Origin: an uncultured Prevotellaceae bacterium
Lineage (GTDB): Bacteria > Bacteroidota > Bacteroidia > Bacteroidales > Bacteroidaceae
Length of the DNA: 64,000 nucleotides
Reading direction: 5' to 3'
Assembly: GCA_900313235.1 (NCBI GenBank)
Contig: OMQN01000001.1
Coordinates: forward strand, 9,145 to 73,144
The notes under the pieces were generated by a model, which was given only the letters and a program-made list of their open reading frames with translations, had not been told where the DNA came from and ran no database searches. How positions within the stretch are numbered: the first letter of the stretch is position 1; each line of letters opens with the position of its first letter. The position numbers and the translations under genes are program-made. This document shows, one piece after another, positions 9,674 to 18,704 of this stretch.

Positions 9674-11971
9674 ATGATTAGACGTTACTCCTTATTGACG
9701 ATTGCACTGATGTGTGCCGTCATTGTTTCAGCCGACCCCGTCAGCAAGAGTGTCGCAAGACAGATAGCCAAGAATTTCCTGCAAGGACAGGGAAAGACCG
9801 TCAAGGGTGAGCCAGCTCGTGCTCCACGTATGAAGGTGGATGGACGCCTCAACGAGACCGCAGCCTATTATGTGTTCAACAGCTCCGACAACGAGGGCTT
9901 TGTCATCGTCAGCGGTGACGACCAGACCGAGCAGGTGCTGGGCTACTCCATGAATGGAGCCTTCGACGAGGACAACATGCCCGAGAACCTTCGTGAGTGG
10001 TTACAGGGCTATGCCGAGCAGATAGAACTGATTGCCGCGGGCAAGGCCGTTCCTGCCCGTGTACCTATCCATAGTGAGAGCATCGGTACGAGGATGACTA
10101 CCACGTGGAATCAAGGTTATCCCTATAATGCCTCCTGCAACTTCGATAACACCCGGTGTGCTACGGGATGTACCGCCACCGCCGTTGCCCAGGTGATGTA
10201 CTGGAACCGATGGCCGCAAAGTGCTACAACGGCAATACCAGGATATACCACCAGGACGTATGGCTATGAGATAAGTGGTATAACGGCAACCACTTTCGAC
10301 TGGGACAATATGATAGATAGTTATGCTGATAGTTACACCTCTGCACAAGCAATAGCTGTTGCCAGACTGATGCGCTGTGTTGGTCAGAGTGTGGAAATGG
10401 ATTATGGCCCCAGTTCGGGAGCCGGCTTCGGCAAGGTGATTTATGCTCTTGCCCACTACTTCGACTACTCTCCCGATGTCACCTACGAGAAGGCTTCGTC
10501 ATATACCATCACTCAGTGGGACAACATGATCTATACCGAACTGCAGCAACGTCCCGTAGTCTATGAGGGCTACTCCACCGGTGGCGGTCACGCCTTCGTT
10601 ATCGACGGCTACGACAGCAGTAATGGTTTGTATTACGTCAACTGGGGCTGGGGCGGCGGAAGCAACGGCTGGTACCGACTACGCGTGATGGATGCTACTG
10701 GTACCGGCATCGGTGGCAGCTCCACCAGCGACGGCTATGCCAACAATCAGGGAGCCATCTTCGGCATAAGACCCAACAACGGCTCTGCTGCCGCCACGAA
10801 TCGCTATCTCAAGGGACAGCAGAGTCTCTTTGTGAGATATTCCGACAGTGCGCCCTGTGGTACGATGTATTCCTACATATACAATCCGTACAGTGAGAAC
10901 CTGCATTTCGACTATGGCTTAGCAAAACTCAACGGCGCAGGTGACATACAGGAGGTATTCGACATTGCTGAGGATGTAGAATTGGGCAATGACAGAAACT
11001 ACTCCATAGGCTATATTCCCGACCCCAACTACGGCATGGAGGCGGGCAACACCTATAAGTTTGCCTTCGTGAGCCGTGAGGCGGGCGGCACCGAGTGGCA
11101 CAAGGCCTTCGCCGACAACAAATACTTTGAGGTGCGCTTCACTACCTACGACGACTATGAGATAATCCTCCATCCACTACAAGATCTGCAGAGCATGGAT
11201 GTTTATGTAGCTGGAGAGAACCGAGTCAACAGCACCTCCACCTTCAATGTGAATCTGCTGAACAATGGCGAAGACTTCGACAACACCGTGTATGTACTTG
11301 CCAAGAAACCTGGCAACGAAGAGTACGAGTCCATAGGCCGACTGGGCTTTGTCCTGGAAGCCGGCGATGGAGGCGACGTGTCCTTCCCCCTCACACCAGA
11401 CCAAGTTGGCACCTACTACCTGCGCCTTGCCTACGACAGTGAGGGCACAAATGTCATTGCCGAAACATCTGTGGAGATAGAGAAAGCCAAGTTCGATGCC
11501 ATTGGACTAACATACGGCTATGATGGGGATAACCTGAACATAGAATACGAGAACAATAACGACCAGACATACAGTAATTATGTCATAATAATGCTTTATA
11601 CGGTTGAAAACGGAAGATTGTCAACACACCTTGGACAGTTTAATGAGGAGCCTACTATAGACCCCAACACCTCCCAGATAGTTTCCTATTCGGTAGATCC
11701 GTTAAGCCCCGGTGACTATTGTGCAATAATATATTACGACCCAGATTTCACCCAGGCATGGAATATGTCAGTACTGAAGTACCTCTACTTCACCGTCGAC
11801 AGTGAGGGTAAGGCTACGGTGGATATCCAGCATGTCAGCAGCGAAAATACTCAAGAGGCAATACTCAACAACCCAGATGGTATCTACGACCTACAGGGAA
11901 GAAGACTCAACGGCAAACCAAGTCGGGGCGGACTCTATATCCAAAATGGAAAGAAGGTTGTAGTGAGGTAA
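9674..11971 (+). CDS. C10 family cysteine peptidase (streptopain/PrtT-like), T9SS-secreted
   Basis: Signal peptide; Spi-like prodomain (YYVFN...GFVIVSGDD); catalytic CATGCTATAVAQ and GGHAFVIDGYD; NWGWGG; C-terminal IYDLQGRRL...GLYIQNGKKVVVR tail. Confidence 0.9.
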   Translation: MIRRYSLLTIALMCAVIVSADPVSKSVARQIAKNFLQGQGKTVKGEPARAPRMKVDGRLNETAAYYVFNSSDNEGFVIVSGDDQTEQVLGYSMNGAFDEDNMPENLREWLQGYAEQIELIAAGKAVPARVPIHSESIGTRMTTTWNQGYPYNASCNFDNTRCATGCTATAVAQVMYWNRWPQSATTAIPGYTTRTYGYEISGITATTFDWDNMIDSYADSYTSAQAIAVARLMRCVGQSVEMDYGPSSGAGFGKVIYALAHYFDYSPDVTYEKASSYTITQWDNMIYTELQQRPVVYEGYSTGGGHAFVIDGYDSSNGLYYVNWGWGGGSNGWYRLRVMDATGTGIGGSSTSDGYANNQGAIFGIRPNNGSAAATNRYLKGQQSLFVRYSDSAPCGTMYSYIYNPYSENLHFDYGLAKLNGAGDIQEVFDIAEDVELGNDRNYSIGYIPDPNYGMEAGNTYKFAFVSREAGGTEWHKAFADNKYFEVRFTTYDDYEIILHPLQDLQSMDVYVAGENRVNSTSTFNVNLLNNGEDFDNTVYVLAKKPGNEEYESIGRLGFVLEAGDGGDVSFPLTPDQVGTYYLRLAYDSEGTNVIAETSVEIEKAKFDAIGLTYGYDGDNLNIEYENNNDQTYSNYVIIMLYTVENGRLSTHLGQFNEEPTIDPNTSQIVSYSVDPLSPGDYCAIIYYDPDFTQAWNMSVLKYLYFTVDSEGKATVDIQHVSSENTQEAILNNPDGIYDLQGRRLNGKPSRGGLYIQNGKKVVVR

Positions 11972-12004
11972 GCCCCTGGTTGCGACAAGCAAGTACTGAG
12001 AGCT

Positions 12005-12039
12005 AAGAGGATGTGCCTATTGGTACACCCTCTTCTCTT
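12005..12039 (+). terminator. probable intrinsic terminator after the C10 peptidase
   Basis: Imperfect hairpin aagaggatgtgcc-tatt-ggtacaccctctt followed by a pyrimidine run. Confidence 0.5.
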
Positions 12040-12133
12040 ATGCAGGGTTACAATTTGTAGCATCAAGGGGAACATTTTGTACAACATCCTGAAATTCAGC
12101 AAGAAATATTTGGTGGAAACTTGAGGTCCTTAT

Positions 12134-12141
12134 TACTTTTG
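12134..12141 (+). promoter_or_regulatory. -7 promoter element (TACTTTTG) for the GH5 gene
   Basis: TAnnTTTG with an upstream TTTG at about 12109-12112. Confidence 0.6.
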
Positions 12142-12201
12142 CAGCGGAAACAATAACCCCAAACATCAAGTATTAACCAATAATAATCTAACCAAACCAC
12201 T

Positions 12202-14061
12202 ATGAAAAAGATTTTGTTTTTAGCAGTTAGTTTTTTTATGACGCTGGCAGGAAGCGCAGCAACCAGAACAATCTGGACAGGAAGTTTCAGTTCGGGCGAT
12301 TGGGGTGCTGCCTTCCAGCCGCTTGAGGCAACCCTCTTCGAGGGCGTTGAGGTAGGCAACTACGTGGTATTCATCGCTACCACACAGAGCGACTCGCAGA
12401 TACAGATCGCTCCCTATGACACCAGCCAGCCGGCTCTGGTGGAGTACGACACATTCAATAATAAGTATCGCCTGAAGGTGACCTCCGACAACCTCTCAAC
12501 CATACAGGGCGGATTGCAGGTGAAGGGTCGCAACTTCACTCTTACCGAGGTGCAGATAGAAGAAGCAAGTGGCTCAGGAGGCGAGAACAACAACGGCAAT
12601 GAGGGTGAGAACTACAGTGGTATCACTCCTCTGGGAACCGTTATCTGGGAAGGCAACTTCGAGACTGGTACGGAGTGGGAGGCATATATGTCGCTGCCAG
12701 CCGAGCGCTTTGCTGACGTGAAGGCAAACGGCTACCTGGTGTTCCAGGGTTACTGCACGGGCGACTATGCTCACATACAGTTGGCTAATCCTTCGATGAC
12801 AAAGTATATCACCGAGAACCAGTACAAAGTGGATCTGTTCAACAACACCTTCTACCTGAAGCTTACCCCTGCCGTGATGGAGATTCTGGCAGAAGGTCTC
12901 GCCGTGAAGGGCGAGCGTATGGTGCTCAACATCATCTCTTATATACCACCTATTAGCAGCAACGAAGACCATGTGAAAGGCTTCCATACCAGTGGTGCAA
13001 AACTGCTCGATGCCAACGACAAGGAGTTTGTGATGCGCGGTGTGAACTACTCCTACGCATGGCAGCAAGGCCACGAGGAGAGTGTGCTCGCCGCTGCCAA
13101 GCGTCAGGGCTGCAACGCTGTGCGCATACAGGTGGCTGACGGCACCAAGTGGCCTGCCACGAGCGATGTGGAGCTGAATCGTCTCATCGAGTTGTGCGAG
13201 CATAATAAACTAATATGTGTGTTCAACGTTCAGGACGAGCTGGGTGTAACCGACGTGGATGCTCTCTTGAAGGCAGCACGCTACTGGGCAGGCATGGCAC
13301 ATGTGCTGAAAGGACATGAGAACACAGTGATAGTAAACATTGAGAACGAATGGCCCAGTGGCAAGGACGACGACCTGTGGGCAAGCGGCAACATACAGGC
13401 AATACCCATCCTTCGCGAAGCTGGTATCAAGAACACCATCATGATAGATGCCAACGACTGGGGTCAGTATGCCGAGAGCATCTGGGTGCGTGGTGCCGAC
13501 GTGCTTGCCGCCGACGAACTCAGCAACACCATGTTCTCCGTCCACTTCTACGAGTATGCCAGCTGGGAGAATCCCTCGGCAGGTACGGGTAGCAAGGTGA
13601 AGAACACCATCGACAACTGCCTGTCTATCGGAGCACCTCTGTGTGTGGGAGAGTTTGGCTACAAGCACACGGGAGGTCCCGTAGACTACGAGACGGTGAA
13701 GCAATACTGCACGGAGAAGAATGTCGGCTACTTCGGATGGTCGTGGACTGGCAATGGCGGAGGAGTGGAGTTTCTCGACATGTTCTCAGGATATGACGAC
13801 AGCGAGATGCTCACTAATGGCGAGTGCGTGTTCAATGGCGAATATGGCATCAAGGCCACATCGAAGGAGTGCTCTATATACGACACGGTAAACACAGCCA
13901 TCACTCAGCCATCCTCTACAGACACAGGGTCCCTACAGGTGGTCGGCAAGACCTATTACACCCTGTCGGGCATGCCATGCAACGAATCTTCCAAGGGGGT
14001 AGTGATAGAACGCCTGCAATACGCTGACGGCACAGTGAAGGTGACGAAACAGATACGATAA
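12202..14061 (+). CDS. GH5 glycoside hydrolase (GH5_8 beta-mannanase-like) with two N-terminal accessory modules and a probable T9SS tail
   Basis: GFHTSGAKLLDAN...FVMRGVN, acid/base NIENEW, FSVHFYEYA, nucleophile VGEFG and WSWTGN; signal peptide; YYTLSG...KGVVI...DGTVKVTK tail. Confidence 0.85.
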   Translation: MKKILFLAVSFFMTLAGSAATRTIWTGSFSSGDWGAAFQPLEATLFEGVEVGNYVVFIATTQSDSQIQIAPYDTSQPALVEYDTFNNKYRLKVTSDNLSTIQGGLQVKGRNFTLTEVQIEEASGSGGENNNGNEGENYSGITPLGTVIWEGNFETGTEWEAYMSLPAERFADVKANGYLVFQGYCTGDYAHIQLANPSMTKYITENQYKVDLFNNTFYLKLTPAVMEILAEGLAVKGERMVLNIISYIPPISSNEDHVKGFHTSGAKLLDANDKEFVMRGVNYSYAWQQGHEESVLAAAKRQGCNAVRIQVADGTKWPATSDVELNRLIELCEHNKLICVFNVQDELGVTDVDALLKAARYWAGMAHVLKGHENTVIVNIENEWPSGKDDDLWASGNIQAIPILREAGIKNTIMIDANDWGQYAESIWVRGADVLAADELSNTMFSVHFYEYASWENPSAGTGSKVKNTIDNCLSIGAPLCVGEFGYKHTGGPVDYETVKQYCTEKNVGYFGWSWTGNGGGVEFLDMFSGYDDSEMLTNGECVFNGEYGIKATSKECSIYDTVNTAITQPSSTDTGSLQVVGKTYYTLSGMPCNESSKGVVIERLQYADGTVKVTKQIR

Positions 14062-14227
14062 CAGAAAGCAAATTCCATAAAGTTTTACATGTGTATGGCT
14101 GTCGGAAGTCGCGAGATTTCTGGCAGTCATATTTTTTTGTGCCCTATCCTTTTTTCTGCTTCCGATTTTTTATATACCTTTGCAGGCAAACAAACTGTTA
14201 TTCAAAATACCATTCTGTATAGACCTT

Positions 14228-17200
14228 ATGCTGCCATTCGTCGTCATCCTCCTCTCGCTTCTACTCCATGCCACAGGTATGCAGGCACAAGGCATAGCCA
14301 GCACGCCACCGCAGATAGAGCACATCGACACACGTAGCTACACCGTACACAGCATCTTCAAGGACCGTGACGGAGTGGTGTGGCTCGGCACGGAACGAGG
14401 ACTCATCACCTATTCGCAACTCTTCGTCTCTACCAGCTATGCCTACGTGCGCCATCCGGAGATGCAGGATATCATTGACAGGATAAGTCAGGACAACGCA
14501 GGTCGCCTATGGCTCGCCACTCAGGCCAACCGTTATATGTGCTACAACCCAGCCGACAACAGCCTGATAAACGATGTCGACAACTATTTTATGCAACTTG
14601 GCATAGGGGTGGAGAATAGTATGCGAGTGTCTGTCGACGGCGGTGGGCGCCTGTGGATATACAACAACAAGGCACTCTGGGTACACGATCCCCAGACCCG
14701 ACACACCCAGAAGATAGTCTTACTGTCGCCCAACGAACCCGTCCTCGCAGTGTCGGCAGAGGGGCATGAGACCATAGTGATAACCCCGTCGCACATCATC
14801 ACCGTCAGTCAGACCACCATTCAGGCACGTCTGCTTGCCAACAACGTCAGGGAGTTTCCGTTCGGCGAGTGCAAGCTGATGCTCCATGCTAATGGCGACG
14901 TATGGCTGGCAACGGCGAGCCAGCTGTACAGATACCATCGTGCCACGAAGACGTGGACCACCTATACCGAGCAGATGTTCGACATCATTGGTCTCTCCCA
15001 GCACACCAATGGCACCGTGTATGTAGCTACTACCAACTGCGGACTGTTCCTTTTCGATGCCGAGGGTAACGAGACGGGACATATTCAGCAATCGTTTGGC
15101 TCGCAGGGCGGACTGAAGTCGAGCCATCTCAACTATGCCTATTTCGACCGGTCTGCCAACCAGCTATGGATAGTGTATGGCAAACAGGGTATGTCGGTGA
15201 TGTCGCAGCCCATAGACGGCATGCGCCTATTCAAGCCGACACCCACCGCACAGCACGCCTATCCCGATGATGTCCTTGCCTTCACTCAGGCAGACGAGGG
15301 CTCCGTATGGATAGGTACCGAGGATCATGGAGCATATACCATGAACCTTGAGAGTGACACACGGCATCAGCCGCAGTCCGACCATAACGGCAAGACCGTG
15401 GTAGCATTGTTTACCGACTCCCATCATCGTCGATGGACGGGTCTCTATCGGCAAGGACTCCATTGCAGCGACGGGCGTAGTTTCTTTGCCGGCAAGTCGC
15501 CATTCCGCATCATCGAGGGTGGCGACGGCAGGATATATGTAACTCTCGTGGGCGACGGCATCTGGGTGATAGACCCCACTACGGGGCAGAGTCGCCAGAT
15601 ACCCACCGAGAATCCCTGGATTATGGACTTCGCCATCAGGAACAACACGCTCTATGCCGCCTCACCCTCGTATGTCTATCAGATTGACACTCGCACCTTC
15701 AGCAACAAGATGGTGCCTGCTTCGCAGATGAAGGACGACGGGTTTCGTGCAGGCAATAAAGCCCTGTTGCTCGACAGCAGGGGGTGGCTGTGGCTTGTGA
15801 GCTATAAGAACTTCTCCGACATTAACGTCTACGACACGCGCCGAGGACGCACGTTTGTTGTCGATGGCACACGCCACTATCGTGTCAACTCACTGATAGA
15901 GGACAATGGAGGCGAGGTGTGGCTTGGTACCGACCGCGGACTATTACGCATACGAGTCACCGATGAGAAGACGCCACGCTTTGACACATACTGCTTCCAA
16001 GGCAGTCCTTCAGAAACAGACAAATTCTACAACGAGCGAGCTGCCCTGCGTCTTGCCGACGGTCGTCTGCTATTCGGTACCGCCGACGGTGTACAGATGG
16101 TATCGCCTGATTTGCTCGAGAAGAGCCATCACGCAGCCGACAAGCGATGCCCCTTGATTATCTCGATGCTATCGGTCAATGGAGAGAGCGTCTCGCCTGG
16201 TCAGCAGATAGACGGCAAGGTGATGTATAGTCAGGACCTTACCGCACTGCGGCAACTCAACCTGCGATACAACGAGAACAACCTGTATTTCACCGTGTCG
16301 CCAAAAGACTTCTCCGCCGACGTGTCGAGCACATTCTACTATCAGCTGCAAGGACTCAACGACACTTGGCTACCAATGGAGATGTACGGCATAACACTAT
16401 CTAACATACCGGCGGGAACCTACCACCTGCGCATCAGGGAACAGCATGCCGGCGATGAGAGCTTCAACGACTACGACATGCTCACCATCAGCGTGGCCAC
16501 CCACCCCCTGCTATCTGTATGGGCATATATGGTCTATGCGCTCCTGTTGGCTGTGGCGACAGCTTTGCTCTACCGCTACTTCCGCGACCGCTATAGATAT
16601 AATGTACAGATGCGCGAGATGAAGATGCGAGCGGCTCAGGAGGCGAAGATCAACGAGATGAAGATTAGCTTCTTCACCAATATTAGCCACGACCTGCGCA
16701 CACCGCTAACGCTCATCATCACACCCGTGGAGGAGATGATGAACACCGCGAAGGACAAGGTGCAGCGCGACACACTCGGTATAGTGTATGCCAACGCCCG
16801 ACGACTCTACCAACTCGTCAATCAGATACTCGACTTCCGAAAGATTGAGAACACCCAGCTCACCCTGGACGAGTCGTTCAATGACATCGTAAGTTTCCTG
16901 ACTCAGAGGGTGAGGGCCTTCGAGTATGCTGCCAAACAAAACGACATAGCTCTGCACATAGACAGCGATACGGAGAACTGTGAGATAAGCTTTGACAAGG
17001 ACAAGATAGGGAAGGCGATAGACAACCTGCTGTCTAATGCGTTCAAGTTTACGCCCAAGGGCGGAAGCGTGTCGATAAAGATCTCTACACAGCCAGAAAG
17101 CATCGCCATCTCCGTTGCCGATACGGGCATAGGAATCTCTGAAGCCGACCGCAGTCATATCTTCGAAAGGTTCTATGTGTCAAAACGAAACTCCGACCGA

Positions 17201-18184
17201 GGCATCGACAGTACGGGCATCGGACTGCACATCGTGAAGGAATATGTGGAGCTGCATGGCGGAAAGATAAGCGTAGCAGACAACACTCCCAAGGGCACCG
17301 TGTTCACCATCATCCTGCCTATAGTGGCAGCTTCAACGAGAACGTCAACGAAAAATATCCCCACTCCTCACTCCTCACCCCTCACTCCTCGAAAGTCCTC
17401 AACCCTTCTTGTGGTGGAAGACAACCCCGACCTGCTCAGTTATATGTGTAGGATGCTGGGGCGCGACTATACCGTATGTCAGGCAACCGATGGCCGACAG
17501 GCATTAGACGTGCTGCAAGGTACCGACGTAGACCTTATCATCAGCGATGTGATGATGGAGGGGATGGATGGTCTGGAGCTGTGCCGCACCCTGAAGTCGG
17601 ACATCACCACCAGCCACATCCCTGTGATCCTGCTCACCGCCCGTGCCCTTGCCAGCGATGAGTTGGAGGGCTTGCAGACTGGTGCCGACGACTATATAGT
17701 AAAACCTTTCCACCTCGACATACTGCGCCAGCGCATCATCAATCTTCTGGAAAGGACACGGCGCGCACAGGAGCGGTTCAGCAAGGAGCCGCAGATAGAG
17801 CCATCGGAAGTAACCGTGACCACCCTCGACGAGGAATTCCTTGCCAAGGCAATACAGGTGGTTGAGGAACATATCGACGAACCCTCGTTCTCGGTGGACG
17901 ACCTTAGTGAGCAGATGTTCATGCACCGTACCAATTTCTACCGTAAGATACAGTTCATCACGGGCAAGACCCCTGCCCAGTTCATACGCCTCCTACGACT
18001 GAAGCGAGCCCGCCAACTGCTCAGCCGAGGCAACGTGCTCGTGTCGCAGGTAGCCTTCCAGGTAGGTTTCAACAGTCCGAAGAAATTTGCCCGATACTTC
18101 AAAGAGGAGTTCGGACAGTACCCAAGCGAGTACGCTAAGTCGATGGAATCGACTAATCCCATCGATAAGAACGACAACCTGTAA
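14228..18184 (+). CDS. hybrid two-component sensor histidine kinase/response regulator/AraC (HTCS)
   Basis: Beta-propeller sensor repeats (WLGT/WIGT), Y_Y_Y domain, TM helix, H-box FFTNISHDLRTPL, N/G boxes, receiver (LVVEDN, ISDVMM) and AraC HTH; ATG 14228 follows TACCTTTG at 14175. Confidence 0.93.
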   Translation: MLPFVVILLSLLLHATGMQAQGIASTPPQIEHIDTRSYTVHSIFKDRDGVVWLGTERGLITYSQLFVSTSYAYVRHPEMQDIIDRISQDNAGRLWLATQANRYMCYNPADNSLINDVDNYFMQLGIGVENSMRVSVDGGGRLWIYNNKALWVHDPQTRHTQKIVLLSPNEPVLAVSAEGHETIVITPSHIITVSQTTIQARLLANNVREFPFGECKLMLHANGDVWLATASQLYRYHRATKTWTTYTEQMFDIIGLSQHTNGTVYVATTNCGLFLFDAEGNETGHIQQSFGSQGGLKSSHLNYAYFDRSANQLWIVYGKQGMSVMSQPIDGMRLFKPTPTAQHAYPDDVLAFTQADEGSVWIGTEDHGAYTMNLESDTRHQPQSDHNGKTVVALFTDSHHRRWTGLYRQGLHCSDGRSFFAGKSPFRIIEGGDGRIYVTLVGDGIWVIDPTTGQSRQIPTENPWIMDFAIRNNTLYAASPSYVYQIDTRTFSNKMVPASQMKDDGFRAGNKALLLDSRGWLWLVSYKNFSDINVYDTRRGRTFVVDGTRHYRVNSLIEDNGGEVWLGTDRGLLRIRVTDEKTPRFDTYCFQGSPSETDKFYNERAALRLADGRLLFGTADGVQMVSPDLLEKSHHAADKRCPLIISMLSVNGESVSPGQQIDGKVMYSQDLTALRQLNLRYNENNLYFTVSPKDFSADVSSTFYYQLQGLNDTWLPMEMYGITLSNIPAGTYHLRIREQHAGDESFNDYDMLTISVATHPLLSVWAYMVYALLLAVATALLYRYFRDRYRYNVQMREMKMRAAQEAKINEMKISFFTNISHDLRTPLTLIITPVEEMMNTAKDKVQRDTLGIVYANARRLYQLVNQILDFRKIENTQLTLDESFNDIVSFLTQRVRAFEYAAKQNDIALHIDSDTENCEISFDKDKIGKAIDNLLSNAFKFTPKGGSVSIKISTQPESIAISVADTGIGISEADRSHIFERFYVSKRNSDRGIDSTGIGLHIVKEYVELHGGKISVADNTPKGTVFTIILPIVAASTRTSTKNIPTPHSSPLTPRKSSTLLVVEDNPDLLSYMCRMLGRDYTVCQATDGRQALDVLQGTDVDLIISDVMMEGMDGLELCRTLKSDITTSHIPVILLTARALASDELEGLQTGADDYIVKPFHLDILRQRIINLLERTRRAQERFSKEPQIEPSEVTVTTLDEEFLAKAIQVVEEHIDEPSFSVDDLSEQMFMHRTNFYRKIQFITGKTPAQFIRLLRLKRARQLLSRGNVLVSQVAFQVGFNSPKKFARYFKEEFGQYPSEYAKSMESTNPIDKNDNL
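17362..17389 (+). repeat. 4 x 7-nt tandem repeat (CACTCCT) in the HTCS kinase-receiver linker
   Basis: cactcct cactcct cacccct cactcct. Confidence 0.8.
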
Positions 18185-18343
18185 CCACCCCTTGTCCCAC
18201 TTCGTAATCCAATTCTTACCCCTTTTTTACCCTCATCCGCACCGTTTTATCATGCAATTACGCCAATTTTATAAAGTAATATAATATATATTACCGACCA
18301 ATATAATATATATTACTTTACAATTCGGGCCGTTTTGCAACAA

Positions 18344-18380
18344 AAAGGAGCCCATTTCGCATGACGAAATGGGCTCCTTT
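18344..18380. terminator. strong hairpin terminator between convergent genes
   Basis: Perfect 16-bp inverted repeat aaaggagcccatttcg-catga-cgaaatgggctccttt. Confidence 0.85.
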
Positions 18381-18436
18381 CCATTACATTTTCTATTCTT
18401 TCTTCCTTTTAACCTATACGTTGGACCCCATTGGCT

Positions 18437-18688
18437 CTAATCCCAAAAGTCACAAGAGTCCCACAGGTACCACTCGCAGGTGAACCCTTTGGCATCGTTG
18501 ATGTCTATTTCTGTTTCGCCTCCGTAATTACCAATGTCCTCGTTGGATACATTGATGTTTTGACCATTGCCACCATCGATATTGAAGTTGTTGTTTATCT
18601 GGTTCTGATTCAGCGAGAAGTCCAGAAGTGGCAGGTGGGTTTCTGTGATGATGGTTGTCGTAACCGGTTTGATATATGTCTTTCTCAT
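18437..18688 (-). CDS. 83-aa small protein (MRKTYIKP... N-terminus, Asn/Gly-rich middle, Trp/Cys/Asp-rich C-terminus)
   Basis: Lies 15 nt after the stop of the large secreted gene, has an AGAAAGGAGG SD 6 nt before the ATG, and is followed by a terminator. Confidence 0.75.
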   Translation of the reverse strand: MRKTYIKPVTTTIITETHLPLLDFSLNQNQINNNFNIDGGNGQNINVSNEDIGNYGGETEIDINDAKGFTCEWYLWDSCDFWD

Positions 18689-18694
18689 TGTTAT

Positions 18695-18704
18695 CCTCCT
18701 TTCT
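18695..18704 (-). promoter_or_regulatory. extended Shine-Dalgarno AGAAAGGAGG overlapping the upstream TAA
   Basis: Minus strand reads TAAGAAAGGAGG-ATAACA-ATG. Confidence 0.75.

Noticed and set aside
18437-18688. Classical lasso peptide or other RiPP cluster
   Set aside because: No cyclase, peptidase/RRE, radical SAM or dedicated exporter adjacent
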